From the NCBI GenBank assembly GCA_010015805.1, contig ML978134.1:310001-374000 (forward strand): a stretch of DNA of 64,000 nt, given 5' to 3'. The notes beneath the pieces were generated by a model. It did no database searches and had not been told where the DNA came from. It worked only from the letters and a program-made list of their open reading frames with translations. This DNA is from Rhizodiscina lignyota (taxonomy: Eukaryota). Position 1 is the stretch's first letter. Every line of letters begins with the position of its first letter. Made by a program: the position numbers and the translations under genes. Positions 48,997 through 61,589 of the stretch are shown piece by piece.

Positions 48997-50237
48997 TCAG
49001 TCGTACCAAATTGCATTCATGCCGAATCCGGGGTCTTTAATGTCTAGTCTTGCGACTCGCAGGAGGAACTCTTCATGCCATCGGTAAATCTCGACACCGC
49101 CGACTTGATCATCCGTCAATGCGAGATATTCATCGCTCCATGGACACGGGCTGACTGCATTCGAGTGGCCGCCACTCGTCGGCGTTGGGTTCAGACATAT
49201 TTGCCTCTCGATGTTACCAACCGGACCAAGCTTGAAGGCGGCGATGTAGCCCGTGACGCCGAAATCGTTCGATCGTGATGTTGCAAAGAGGTATTTCGCA
49301 CTGTGTGAGCAGAAAACGACGTCTGAGCGGTACATCTTCATGTTCTTCACGCCTGTGGAGAGGTCAACAGCTGATTGTCAACGGGAGCTGCTGGAATCCT
49401 TACCTGGCGGAATCAGAGGGTAGAGCTTATGAGTAAAGACTGGTAAGTGCGTCTGTTCATCAATGACATACTCCGCGAGTCTGTTGCCTCCTTCCATTAA
49501 CGCGTATAAATACTTGCCGCTCGGGTGGATTTCGACCCATCGCGGATGGTCTCCTTTTCCGGGAGCCTCTACTCTACCAACAGTTTCTAGCTTGCCAGTC
49601 GTTGGATCTTTTTTGTGCGTCCACACGCTGTTCCCCCACATGTCGGCGGAGTACAGATAGGTTTCCGTTGGGTCGAACACCATCCCGTGAATTGCGGACT
49701 CAGGTGCGTATTCATAGTTTTGGATGTTGGTATCAAGGTTACCTGCTGGATTGATAGAGAAGATGTTGCCATAACCAGCGTAGTCGTAGAACGGATTGCA
49801 ATAGACATTGAAGGGCGGCTTCTTCGCTGCTAGAAGGAATATTGCACGTGTTTTTGTGCCTGCTTCGGCTGCCTTGGCTTGGGAGGAGTGAGATGGAGCT
49901 CAATTGCTGGATATTGTAGTCGAACACGTACGATGGCCCCCCATTTGATGCGAAGATTGATGAAATATTTCTGTAGGACTTCGTACTTCGAAACTTGACC
50001 ATTTCTTCATCGCGGCACCGTAAATGTTCTTCCTCGAATGCTGGTGGGAAAGTGAGCGGTGGTAGAGTCCATGCTGGATACAAGACCCACATCGAAGGTG
50101 ATCCAGGATATAGGCTCATCGTGAGGTATCTCTGTCTTCTTCAGTAGCTTGAGGGTATGTGCTTCATCGTCGAATTGCACAGTGTATATTGCCCCTGGCG
50201 GCGTCCATGTCCCAATCATTAGGTGGTGTAGAACCAT
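48997..50237 (-). CDS. cmcA: 3-carboxy-cis,cis-muconate lactonizing enzyme (beta-propeller CMLE)
   Basis: MVLHHLMIGTWTPPGAIYTVQFDDE, IHGMVFDPTETYLYSAD, GDHPRWV, YRSDV, PTPTSGGHSNAVSPCPWSDE, PGFGMNAIWYD*. Closely matches the Neurospora crassa CMLE sequence as recalled. Three introns. Confidence 0.93.
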
Positions 50238-50892
50238 CTTTGGCACCGCAGTCTGAGCTGGCTATGAACGGACACGCGGTTGAAGTAATTTTTAACTACT
50301 GATATCAGCATGGCATCAATTGAAAATGCCAGAGTCCAGAACAGCCCCGAATCGCGGAGGCACGTGAGCGTGTTTGGCTGCCGTGTTGACTGCCGTCGCA
50401 CCTTGCTCCCCCGCCTGTCGCACACACGAACTCCCCGGAACGACCAGTGCTTTCGGCGGCGCTGAGCGGCAAAACATTCATCATTGTGGCTCTCGCGAGC
50501 CAAAGCTACGATACTCTCTCTCCCGATCGACTGTCCCGTCCAATGAACGTTGCTTTAATTAAGCAAGCGGTCGTAAGCTTCTAGGGCTGGCGAAAAGCCG
50601 CTTCTCGAGCGAGCCTGCGGAAATGCGGCGTGCAGGTGCTAACTTTCCGATGAGAGGCAGAGATATGTAAGGCTTGACGAGACGCTTTCCTAGCCGATTG
50701 CCCAAGCCGACCGTCATGCCTGCAGTGGAGCAGATGCATGAGAAATTGCATATATAACTGACTCTTCCCTTCCCGTCTGATCGGCATTCCAGTCTTTGTA
50801 TCTACTCACCGCAACTGACCCAGCAACCGCTACTCTCTCGCTCTTCAATAGCTCTATATTGTGCTCTCTTCCTGCCATACAACACAGCAGCA
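50238..50892. promoter_or_regulatory. Shared divergent promoter cmcA/prcA with CGG triplets and CreA-type SYGGRG matches
   Basis: 655 bp between ATGs. SYGGRG matches on the minus strand at 50409-50414 and 50433-50438 (short motif, chance matches possible). Confidence 0.45.
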
Positions 50893-51846
50893 ATGGCGAC
50901 GGACACTTCCAGATTCGATCCCAAATTCACCCAACATGTCATCGACACAATTGGCCCAAAGACCGATGACCGCTCACGCTTCGTTATGTCGGCGCTCATC
51001 CGCCACCTCCATGACTTTGCCCGAGAAGTCGAATTGACCACTGACGAGTGGATGACGGGTGTCAGGTTCATGAACGCTGTCGGCCAGATTTCAGATTCTA
51101 AGAGGAACGAGGGCCAGAGAATATCAGACGTCCTCGGTCTTGAATCGTATGTAGAATTCCCAATCGCACCTGAACTGGCGTGTTCGTGCTAATAATTTTA
51201 CAGACTTGTAGATGAAATCGCCCACAAGCTCGTCTCCGATGAACAAATCGACCCCACGTCCTCCACCATCCTTGGTCCCTTCTGGTCGCCAGACGCTCCT
51301 TTCCGCGACCTCGGCGGGTCGATCATCGTGAATGCTCATAAAGGCCAAGTTGCTCTGATGCACGGCAAGGTTATTGACCTGAAGACGGGCAAGGGCATTC
51401 CCGGTGCCGTCGTCGACATCTGGCAAGCCAGCGCGAACGGCAAGTACGACTTCCAAGACCCAGAGAACCAGGAACCCAACAACCTGCGCGGCAAGTTCCG
51501 GTGCAACCAGAACGGCGAGTACTACTTCTACTGCCTCAAGCCAACCGCCTACTCGCTGCCCACGGACGGCCCGGCTGGTGTGCTTCTGGACCTGCTGGAC
51601 AGGCATCCGATGCGCCCTGCTCACATTCACTTGATGGTGACCCACGACGACTACAAGCCACTCGTCAACCAGATCTTCCCCAGCGACGACCCGTACCTGG
51701 AAACGGACACCGTCTTCGCTGTCAAGGACGACCTCGTCGTTGAATTCAAGCCGAAGAGCGGCGATCCAAAGGCCACCCTTGATCTCGAATACAACATTAT
51801 TCTCGCGCCGAGGGGCTACGAGGGCGCGTCTGGTCCCAAATTGTAG
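50893..51846 (+). CDS. prcA: Intradiol ring-cleavage dioxygenase, probably protocatechuate 3,4-dioxygenase
   Basis: Intron ~51147-51203. [58 protein letters not shown] (Tyr/Tyr/His/His Fe ligands). Substrate inferred from recalled PrcA-like motifs and adjacency to CMLE. Confidence 0.85.
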
Positions 51847-53114
51847 ATAACTGTACAGAACCTGGGGGAGACTTGCAGAGACAAAAGCTTCGATTCATAC
51901 ACAGCGCTGAGAAGCGGGCTTTTGGATACAACGAGCAGTTCAAATTTGCATTGTGGCGTAACGAGTCAATGAGGGATGTATAAGCACTTAGGTCTAGTAC
52001 TGTTTTAATGCAATTGAACGCAATTGATATCTCAGAAACATCTCTGCTTGTCCCTAACACTCTGTCCTGTTTTGTCTCAGATCGGATGAAGTCGAACAGA
52101 CACAGATAAGCGGCTTTTCATCGCCACCGAGACAGTCTCCGAAATGTTGATTTAGTGCGCTTTGGCAGTATTTGGTAAGAATCCACAGCTCCGACGCCTT
52201 CATATATATTGACTGAAGGAGCTATACATCCTCGTAGTTCGTTTTCGTAGTCGTAGCTCAAGTCTTCCGTAACACTCGGGGAAGGGCATCGCGAGTATCG
52301 CTGAGTAGTGTCGACGCGCATTCGAGGGTGAATAAGTTTGTTCCTCTATTGAAACGAGATTATTGCTGAAAGTACAATATAATATGCTTAAAAGTACTCA
52401 TGAAGACTGCGCAGCTTCAACAAACACTAAATGTGTTAGTTTTAAGAGACCTCACAGCTTCGCAGTTCCATACGTTCTAGCTGTGGCGCACCTCTATTGT
52501 CAACTTTGACACGCCCTCCATGCGGCGTCACAAAGGGATAAAACGAGACAATCCTTTGAAATGTGTTGTCTCACTGTCAAAACGAAGTACCGATAGCAAC
52601 CCGCACAATATGCATGGCGACTTCATCTAAGCTCGTAAGATGCTCCGCTTTTACTCCACTTTCAGGACCTTCAAACTGATTGACAGGAGTCATGAATCTA
52701 CATCGGCTCATAAACCGGGTGCTGTTCGAGCGTTCGGGTGGTGTGAGAGTCACGTAGGCTATTGCCCACGGGGCTCGCAGCAACATACATACTCGCATGC
52801 AAGGTTTGCAGGCCATTCATGCACTCAGTCATCCAAGAGGAGAACATTTCGTCAATTAAGATTGTCGGCAACGAGGGCGGCAGTCCGGCGACTGAGTTCT
52901 TGGTCTGGACGACGCTGCGCTTGAGGGACGAACAATTGTAACTTCTTGCCTTGCTGTATCTCGCCAGAACAGAGCAGTATTGAAGTCTGCTTGATACTGA
53001 ATTACGATAACAATACCGTACTAGCCGTTATGCACATGGTCCTCCTGATTTTTCGCACTCGCTTAAACCCAGACAGAACGCCTTTGCAATGTGTGTACAA
53101 CATGTGTCCCATCA

Positions 53115-54125
53115 TCACCAAACGTCATTCATCATCCCACATGCTCCAAACGCTACAGCTGCTCCCACCGCGCCGACGACCTCTCTTGGACCCGCCCTAC
53201 TTGGCCTCGCAGCACCCGTAGAGGCAGCACCCGCTCCTCCGGTCCCCGTCCCAAACACCGAGCACTGCTCCACGCTAAACGTCCCGCAAGCCTTCGTGCT
53301 CAAGCTCTGGCAAACCGAACTCGCCGCACTTGGAGGCAGCGTCGTGCTCGCGGCCGGCATGACCGTCGTCCCTCCATTCGGCGCAGAGATGGTCACGCCG
53401 CCATTACCATTAATGCCGCCGCCGCTAGCGCTGCCCTGAAGTTGCGCATTACAAGCACTGATACTCGCCACGCATGAAGAATAAGCGGAGGAGCAGGCGT
53501 CTGCCGATGCGTAAGTGGAGGGCAGCACGGCGATGGGGAAATATGAATTCGGTACCGTTGATGTCGCGCCGCTGGCCGACGCGGGTATTATGAAACTGTC
53601 GGTCCCTTGTGCTGTTGCCTGCTCAGATGATGTTGATGTGGATCCAAGGAGAGAGTCCGTCGTGCTGCTCGCGAACACGAAAGACGTGCTGGATGTGGGC
53701 GTTACGGTGCTGGTGCTGTCTGTATTGCTTGCACCTACGATCCCGCCGATTCCACCAGCGTCTGTACTTGTGGATGTGTCGGTTGCTGCGGCTGTAGAAG
53801 CTGCACTGCTGGTGATGGAGCCGGTGCAAGCTGCACCATTTGGGCAGCACGCTACATTGCCGGCAAAATCGGCAGAGCAGACTGAGTCGTCAGGACAGCA
53901 AAGACCTGTCGCTCCTAGCCCCGCACAGTTGGTGGTAAAGCCATCCGGGCAGTTCGTGCCTTGTCGTCTTCGCAGTTCGGTTGAGCCTGATGCGTCTGTA
54001 TTGTTGTCGGCGCCGAAGAAGTTGTGTATTATGGGCGCGAGGAAGGGCGAGAAGATGTTTGGCGCTGCGATCGTGTAGGCAAAGAGGAGGGTGAGGAGGG
54101 AGAAGACGAGGAATGCATTCCGCAT
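53115..54125 (-). CDS. Secreted Ser/Thr-rich, Cys-containing, probably GPI-anchored cell-wall protein
   Basis: Signal peptide MRNAFLVFSLLTLLFAYTIA, RRR-Q processing site, Cys-rich module (C..C..CC..C..CC..C), S/T linker, second Cys module, hydrophobic C-terminus. Confidence 0.88.
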   Translation of the reverse strand: MRNAFLVFSLLTLLFAYTIAAPNIFSPFLAPIIHNFFGADNNTDASGSTELRRRQGTNCPDGFTTNCAGLGATGLCCPDDSVCSADFAGNVACCPNGAACTGSITSSAASTAAATDTSTSTDAGGIGGIVGASNTDSTSTVTPTSSTSFVFASSTTDSLLGSTSTSSEQATAQGTDSFIIPASASGATSTVPNSYFPIAVLPSTYASADACSSAYSSCVASISACNAQLQGSASGGGINGNGGVTISAPNGGTTVMPAASTTLPPSAASSVCQSLSTKACGTFSVEQCSVFGTGTGGAGAASTGAARPSRAGPREVVGAVGAAVAFGACGMMNDVW

Positions 54126-54509
54126 GGTTTTATCGGTGGAGTAGTGGGAATGGATTTGTGGAATGCATGTGCGGGTTGGGTTGATGAGAGTTTCTGGAGG
54201 CAATTGTTTAGCAATTGGCCGATACAGCGGCAGGATAAGTATGCATTCACTTACAGCAAATGTCTGGCATGTTTCAGACTCACCGACAAGTTTGTCCTAG
54301 CAATTGTGGACAGCAAACTCGACGAGACGATACTATTCTGGTCTTGGCGTGGCGTTAGCTGCAGCTGGTGACGTTGCCCCGGTTGCGGAGCAACGGCCAA
54401 TCTCTGAACCTTATTTTAAGCATCCATGCTGCCAATCATTCGTCCTTTCCGTCATTCAACTTCAACTTGTCTTGAAACTCAACACATCCATGATCTGATG
54501 AGTTAAAAT

Positions 54510-54562
54510 AGGTGGACACCCGAACTCTTCAAGCAAATGGACTCTGGTTCGGGTGTCCACCT
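54510..54562. repeat. Perfect 16-bp inverted repeat with 21-nt spacer
   Basis: AGGTGGACACCCGAAC (54510-54525) and GTTCGGGTGTCCACCT (54547-54562). Confidence 0.9.
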
Positions 54563-54861
54563 CGTGCCTTTCGAGTCTTCCTTCCCTCAAGGTGCCAATG
54601 ATCTTCTACCAACAGACAATGCCTCTTCGTCACTCCCTCATACGAGGAGCGATCTCTGTTGGTCAACAAAAGGACGAACGGTTACTTCCTCATGAGCAGC
54701 GATGATGGCGGTGATGGGGACCCGCCATTTATGCTACTCAATTCTCATTTTCTACTTCTTTTCCTTTCGTCAACAGCTTTGGACAGCATTTCAGCATCAG
54801 CATCGATTCTTCAACTCAGAAATCATTTCCTTCTATCGACATCATTGCAGAGCGTGGCAAC

Positions 54862-55820
54862 ATGCTATCTTGTACCATTGTCACGCTTTCCTCACTCATC
54901 ATCTTTGCGCTGGGTGCACACCCACCAACCTCCGTCCCCACCGCCACGAGAAGCGGTCTCGCGTTCAGAGACAAGCATCGCAGGCTACATCTACCGAATC
55001 TCTCAAGTGCGTTCTATTGACTCAACAGACGCATTTTTCCTATGTCAAACACACTTGACTGGACTCTAATGCCGAGACAGAACCGTTCTCAGCGATGATT
55101 GCAAACAACATGCATGCCTCAGCGACTTTGAATCCACGGGCAGCGACGACATTGGTGAATCATGAGACGACATCCATCGTTCACATCGAAACCATGTCCG
55201 CTCCGGCTTCGGTCGTGTACGGCACGGTAGTCACGCCCACCGCCTCTTGGGTTGAACACGGCGGTTCGGAAGCACTGTATACCAGCGTGAGCACATACAA
55301 GTCGCTTATAGACGTCGTCACCGGGTATTCGACCAGCACTCTAGACTACGCTCCAAGCGACGCCGCACCGCTCCCCGACCCCCTTTTAAAGTCACTTGCA
55401 TCTGCGAATCGGGCCGCTGGTATTGATCCTGGAGTTGGTGTCGATCCTGGAGTTGCCGGTTCATCAGCGGGCTCTCTTTCACACGGTGGAGAGGTCGGAC
55501 TTGTAGTTGTGGGGGCCCTCGGCGGGGCCATCGCCGGTCTTGCAGCCCTCCTGGCCGGCCTAGTTTACTGGCGAAAGTGGCGCAACCGCAGACAGGGCCG
55601 TGAACACCTCAAGGCGATGTCGGATGCCGAAGCCGCAGGCGAGCCACAGGTAGTTGAGACCATACTGGCAAATAACGCTGGAGCAAATCAGGCTTCTATG
55701 GTGGAGGCTGCAGGGGCACCACGCGTGGTTGAGACTGTCCAGCCAGCTGGTGGAGCAACTGGGGGCACTGTGGCGCAGGCGCCCGCTGCAGAGACTGTGG
55801 AGACAGTCCAGGTGGCGTAG
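54862..55820 (+). CDS. Single-pass type I membrane protein with S/T-rich ectodomain (Mid2-like topology)
   Basis: Exon 54862-55006 (signal peptide MLSCTIVTLSSLIIFALG) splices in frame (intron 55007-55080) to the 55095 ORF. TM helix followed by WRKWRNRR; repetitive cytosolic tail. Confidence 0.78.
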
Positions 55821-56903
55821 GAAGTCGGCGAATATGTGTGGACATTGCTTTTTTTTCTTTGACAGCGACAGGCTGTATAGAATTGGGCGGACATTGTTAT
55901 TGCGGCTAGGATTGGGTATGGATGTGATAAACTAGCCATTTTCTTAAGCGTTTTCATACCTTACCAAATGAAATCGCTTTGTCTGTTGGCTGTCTAATTG
56001 TCCACGTGTCTAAGCGTGTGTATACATGGCAGAACCATTAAAGAGGCTTTTGCAACAATTGAACTACTGCTCATCGATGCGTTCAGGTTCGGCAGGACGC
56101 TCTGCAACTGTAGCGCGCACTCTCCTCGACACCACATTCACTAAACTTCTTGCAGGGCTATTATCTGGGGGTTTGACACTTATGTCCATGTTCACTCGTC
56201 TGCGGGCAGGCCATTAAGGAGCCTTTTACACTATTATCGATTCAATTTTTCGTACCTACTTTCACTCACGACTTGGATCGACTCAATTTTGAATTTACTA
56301 TATCTTTCATAAATCATAATGTCTCTACCCTCTGCGCTCGTTATTTCTCACTAATATGCATTCTTTAATATGCCTAGCAAACGGCCAGCAACATGTATTT
56401 CGAAGTTCTTTTGGAGACAGAGACGACTACGAGTTTACTATTTTAGAGTGAAATGCTAGTCGTTAACCCGATTTGAAGCCGATGATATTTCCCCAAGTCC
56501 GCGCACGACGTATGAGTGGACTCCACGAATATCTGCACTGTTGCTTGGGCAGCCCATTCAAATCAGTGTTCGGCTTTCCTGACTTAAGCACACTGAAGCC
56601 CGGCAAATACGCGACAATTTGCACTTTGTTCTTCTAGCTCTAGCGCATCGAAGCTCAGTGAACAGTTGCTTTTACACATCGGAACAGATATTCACTGACA
56701 CATTCAAGTTTCGCGGAAGGAGCGGAGGTCCCGACGCAGCTTGAGATATGCCTTGAGCTTATGATTGCTTTGAACACCATTCGCTGTGTGCCAACTCTAA
56801 TCGCATCGGGTCCAAAGACCAGAAACGGCTTACGTTACTGATCTCTCGATCCACGTTTGGTCTTCTACGTAGTAACATTAAGGTTGCGAGATGCCTCTCT
56901 AAA

Positions 56904-59400
56904 TCAAGAGCGAATACGATCCGCAGTAGTCACCGCTCCCTTTCCAAGGATCTTCCCCAGAAACTTCGTGTCGCTCCCCTCATCTGAAACCTCACTTACT
57001 CCCTCTTGCATCTCGACTAATCGTAGACTCTCGAACCATTGTTTGACCTCTCCACTTTCCCACCCTTGAGGGACGACCATGCGGTCCTTGGCACGAACCG
57101 TAGTATGAGGTACAATGTTGCGGATCTTGAACAGCATATCGAGTATGTCGCTGAAGCGTTCACCTTGCTCGTGATAGAAGGAAGGTGGACGATCGAGTGG
57201 CCAAGGTTTGCATGACACAGGAATAGAGTCTTGAGGATTTGGATCCTCATCAGTGCCGGGCAAGTCTGGATGAATCGCCGGTGTTTTAGGATCGTCAATC
57301 ACCTCTATACCTTGAGCTGGTACCCCACCAAGGATCTCCTGAGCGAGAGCCGCAAGCTCAGGGTCATCAGCATGAGAAGGCTGTGCCTCTGCTCCCTCTA
57401 AGGGCAAAGATGCTGGATCCGGGCCGAAAGTCTTGTACAGCTCGCACATACGCTCCACACATGCGAGGAGGACCACCGATACGAGGAATGTTTCGAAAGA
57501 TTGCGCTTGCTGGCGTTGCAGTAATCGTCTTTCGAGCTCGTTCATGACATTTTTTGCCACTATTGCAGCTCGCTTCTCAGTGGCACCGAGAATCTGAGCT
57601 ATGATAAGTTCGTAGGCCTTCGCATGGCTTTTCGGAGTCAATGGATAAGCGATGCCATTCTCCAGATTGGGATTGATTACGGCGTCGCCGGTTAGTGGTT
57701 CAGATACCACCGACCGCGTTGGATCCACGGACAGTGAGAGCGGCCAACTGCCGCACAACATATTTGTGCAAATCCATAGCTCAATGACACGGATTACGAA
57801 TGTAGTCTTGTGTTCGACAATAATCCGCTGGCAGTGCTCGAGAGTGACGCGCATTAGTGACGATGCCTTTTCATCTTGACAACAAAAGACAAGTTTCAGG
57901 ATATATTGCTCTAGCTTCCCAAGAGCATGGTCGTGTTCCGAATCCAGCATCTGGACGTCTGTTGGGTCCGCGATGCCTTCATTTCCCAAGAATGCAGGAT
58001 CGAGTTCAGGTGACGCTGGGCCAGTACTTTGCGCATAGGAAAATGTCACCAAGACGGGGATACCCAGGCCGACCTTCAGCTCTACCCTGCCAGAAGCACT
58101 TTGTAGCTGTAACAGGTCCCTTATCCGGTTGACTGGATGATATGCCTGAATCGCAAATAGTCCAGACGACCACAAGCCACACTCATCAGCAATGCGTGTC
58201 CGTATGCAAGGATATTTCCAGATTCTAGCAGTGTCAATGCTCCTGCATAGTTCGCACGGCGTGTCTGTCGAGCACGTCTTCTTTAGCATCCTGCAACGCA
58301 TACAAGCGCCAAGTTTCCGTAACTCCTGAACCTCTTTCCGCCTAATATCTGAGAAGCGGCCCCTCGTTTTCGGCTTGGTGGTTGGGCGCATATCCGGTGG
58401 CGGTGTCTTGCTCAAGATAGGACGTAGACGGTTCGCTGCTTTGGAAAGTTCTCGTTCGATGTCCGCGCTCCCATCGTGGAGCTGTGGGTCGATTGGAGCA
58501 TGGTCGGAACTGGACTTTGTATAAATGTACTCCACTTGATTTTCTGGAGAGGTATCTGCATTGTCTTGTCCACTTACGAGTTCTGCCGCTGCAGAAGCTG
58601 TAAGCTGGAGTGTGGATGCATTAGATTGCGCTGGTAAATGGCCTTGCGCTGCAGTAGCAGTCTGTAGGATATGCATTAGTTGCGCCTCTTGATTCTGATA
58701 TGTATGAGCTGCGGTCGGCTGCGATGCCGCATCTTCGCCGCCGCGCCCCTCTGTGCCATCTTCCTGAACCAGGAATTCAGTCGGGTCGTAATGATTTGAG
58801 GCCATATAATGTCCAGAGCCAGGAATGACATTTCCCCCATGACTTGAGTGAAAGCCATCGGTTCCTGCGTCGTGATCTTGTCCGTATTGTTTGTGATTAT
58901 CGGAAGCATTTGCCGTCCCCTCCGGATTATTGTTCCATTCAAATCTTCGCCTCTTCAAAGGGGGTCCTTCCTGATCCGTGTATAGTGTCTGGTAGTTTAA
59001 ATGATGTCTCGACACCTCGGCTAGCGTCAAAAGGGCAGACATGCTAGGTGTAGGTGCTGGCTGCTCGGGCAGTTGCACTGGGGGCGCGGTCGTGCCATTG
59101 CCCTCAGACACCTTCGAGAGATCGGAAGTACTTGGGATTTGGTGGAATTGGAGGAGTGCGCGCTGGCGGTCGTGAGGGTTTATCACAGGGCATTTCTTGA
59201 GCAGATGAGAGATCAACCTCTCGATGCGCCCTCTAGCAAACTACAATGTCTATTAACTCCAAGAATAGTGTCAGGTCTTCAAAGGCACATACCGTCTCTC
59301 CACAGCATCTGCAAGTTTGCTCATAGCGATTGCTTGAATCTTCGATCTTCTTGCCGCGCTCGAAGAACTCGGTGATGAGTTTATTGGGCGGCCGCCCCAT
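56904..59400 (-). CDS. Zn(II)2Cys6-type transcription factor with N-terminal BED-like zinc finger
   Basis: Intron 59241-59292 gives MGRPPNKLITEFFERG...YEQTCRCCGETFARGRIERLISHLLKKC. Internal ACMRCRMLKKTCSTDTPCELC-x12-C. Confidence 0.88.
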
Positions 59401-59897
59401 GGTTCGCCCTGATTGTAGCTTTCGCGGCAGAATAACTTGGGCGGTGAGGAGGCTCCAAGCGGCATTTGCGGGGCCATTGAAGAGACGGTGTATTGTATGT
59501 TCTTTAACCACAAACGGCAAAGTTGAGCTATATTTAAAGCCACTAGCGTGCGTTTATGACGGGTTGATTCTGCCCTACCACATCGAAGAGCAAAATATCA
59601 TCAGCGGCTATCTCGAGTAGCACCATCCTGACTATGATCTGTTGCATATCCTTCACGAATCAGATTGGCCAATACCAGTGCATATCGTGAATTTGTCGAT
59701 TGTAGTAGTTGAATCATCAGTAATCTATAAAAGGACAAGACCTCTATTTTCAGGTATCAGAAGCCATTACCACCACAGCACATAAACGCCGTCCCATATG
59801 ATGATGCTGCACAGCACCCAGAAAATCCCATGCACCAAGTCTATCCAACAGAACTGGAACATGTCCAGAGTACATCGCGTATGCTCGATCCTCATAG

Positions 59898-61589
59898 TTA
59901 TGCACGCTTCGTGATGAAATGCGTCGACTTGCTGTCTTCCGCTACTGCAACATCGAATTGCTGATCGTTCGAGACCTTCTCGTGCTTGAGATCCCAGCGA
60001 GCTCGTCGACAGAGCTCAGTCACAACATCGTCACTGTAACCGAGGAGGTTGATGTCAAAGTCGATGTGGTAGATAGGCTAGCAGAGCGATCAGTTGAAAG
60101 CAGCAGGAACTACGACAATAGAGAACTCACGTCTCGGGAGATGTAGATCTGCGGCACATCGTATCTCAAGAACGATGGAATTTCCGAGACAGGCGCCACC
60201 TTCATGCTTGTGCCTATAACAATGACAAGGTCGACTTTATCTTTGTCAACGTCGCGAATCTTGTCGAAAAAGTCCTTTGGAAGCTGCTCGCCGAAGAAGG
60301 TAATATCAGGCTTGAATGCATTAGCGTCTATGCATGTAAAATGTGGCCCCAAAGACTCACTTTCATTACACCCGGCTCAGGGATGTCGTATGCTCCGTCG
60401 GAATCGTCGTCGTCGTCGTCCCATTTCCGAGCCTTGTTGGATGTGCTTGACCGCTTGCGCTTCATACCAGGGCGGGGAGCGCGAAGCGTTTGCTCGCATT
60501 GCTTGCAGCGGCTTACTCGCTTCGCCTTCACATCGTCGAAGAGTTCGGTGCCAGGAATTTTGTGACCGCATTTGCGACAAGTTGCCGTCGCCCAGGAACC
60601 ATGGCATTGAACGAGCTTCTCTGGAAGTATACCCGCATTTGCTTCAACATTGTCAATGTTCTGTGTGTAGTTGCGCAGCAGTTTGCCCTGATCCTGCAAG
60701 ACACGGATGAATTGATGCGTAGGCGACCACTTGGGGGTATCTGGCAAGATATCGGCAGCGAGAGAATAGAATATCCTCGGGTTTTCATCGAATTCATGGA
60801 TGTCGAAGACTTGCTCTGGTTCCTCAAAGCCCATTGATCGGAGCCGAGAGTAGAAACCTGTATTCTTGGAACGAAAATCCGGGATTCCAAGGCTCGTAGA
60901 AATGCCGGCGCCAGTGATGACAATGATGTTCTGAGCCTTGCGGAGCAGTTCTGCGGCATCTTCGATAGTGTTGTATTGTGGGAGCTTCAGGCGCCTGTTG
61001 AGTTCTCTCGCAATTGCGAGGCCCAGTAGCGGATAATAAGCTTCATCTGACTTGCCTTCGAAGATTCCTCTTCTCCAGCCTTTGTATCAACATAACACTT
61101 CGCCCATAGTGGAACACAACAATATACGTACGGAGGTGGATTCACGCCAAAAGCTGTGCACAGCTTCTTCGCTGTGATTACGTGTGTCGAAATCGTTCTT
61201 CTTACGAAGTCTTCCAGGCCATATTGGTGTAACTTCGCTTTGTAGTATGCACACTCTTCTGGCGAGCACACGTCCGGGCCTGCGAAAACGCGTGAGCACG
61301 TGGCTTCGCTAAAAATACATCAACTTGGGACAATCTCACCTGGAACGTACACATATGGCTTGTCTTCATTCAGAAGATCATCGTAAATAGACTCTGTCTC
61401 CCAGCCTTCCTCATCTGCCTCATCCGCAGTTTCTTCATCGCTTCCCTGTTTGTTGCCGTTCTCGGGCTTTGAGTCGTCACTCTTCGGTGGCAACTGCGGA
61501 CTTTGTCGCCTGCTGTTTACACGAGTAGTAGGGATAGCCTCTCTTTGTTCGAGAGGCTGTTCAGAGGTCTTCAGAATTGCCTCTGACAT
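59898..61589 (-). CDS. SIR2: NAD+-dependent histone deacetylase Sir2/Hst1
   Basis: [68 protein letters not shown]. Four introns; stop at 59898-59900. Confidence 0.95.

Noticed and set aside
9454..61589. Functional acetylation cluster (Hst4, ATP-citrate lyase, Sir2)
   Set aside because: Genes are 18-25 kb apart with many unrelated genes between them; chance co-location is sufficient.
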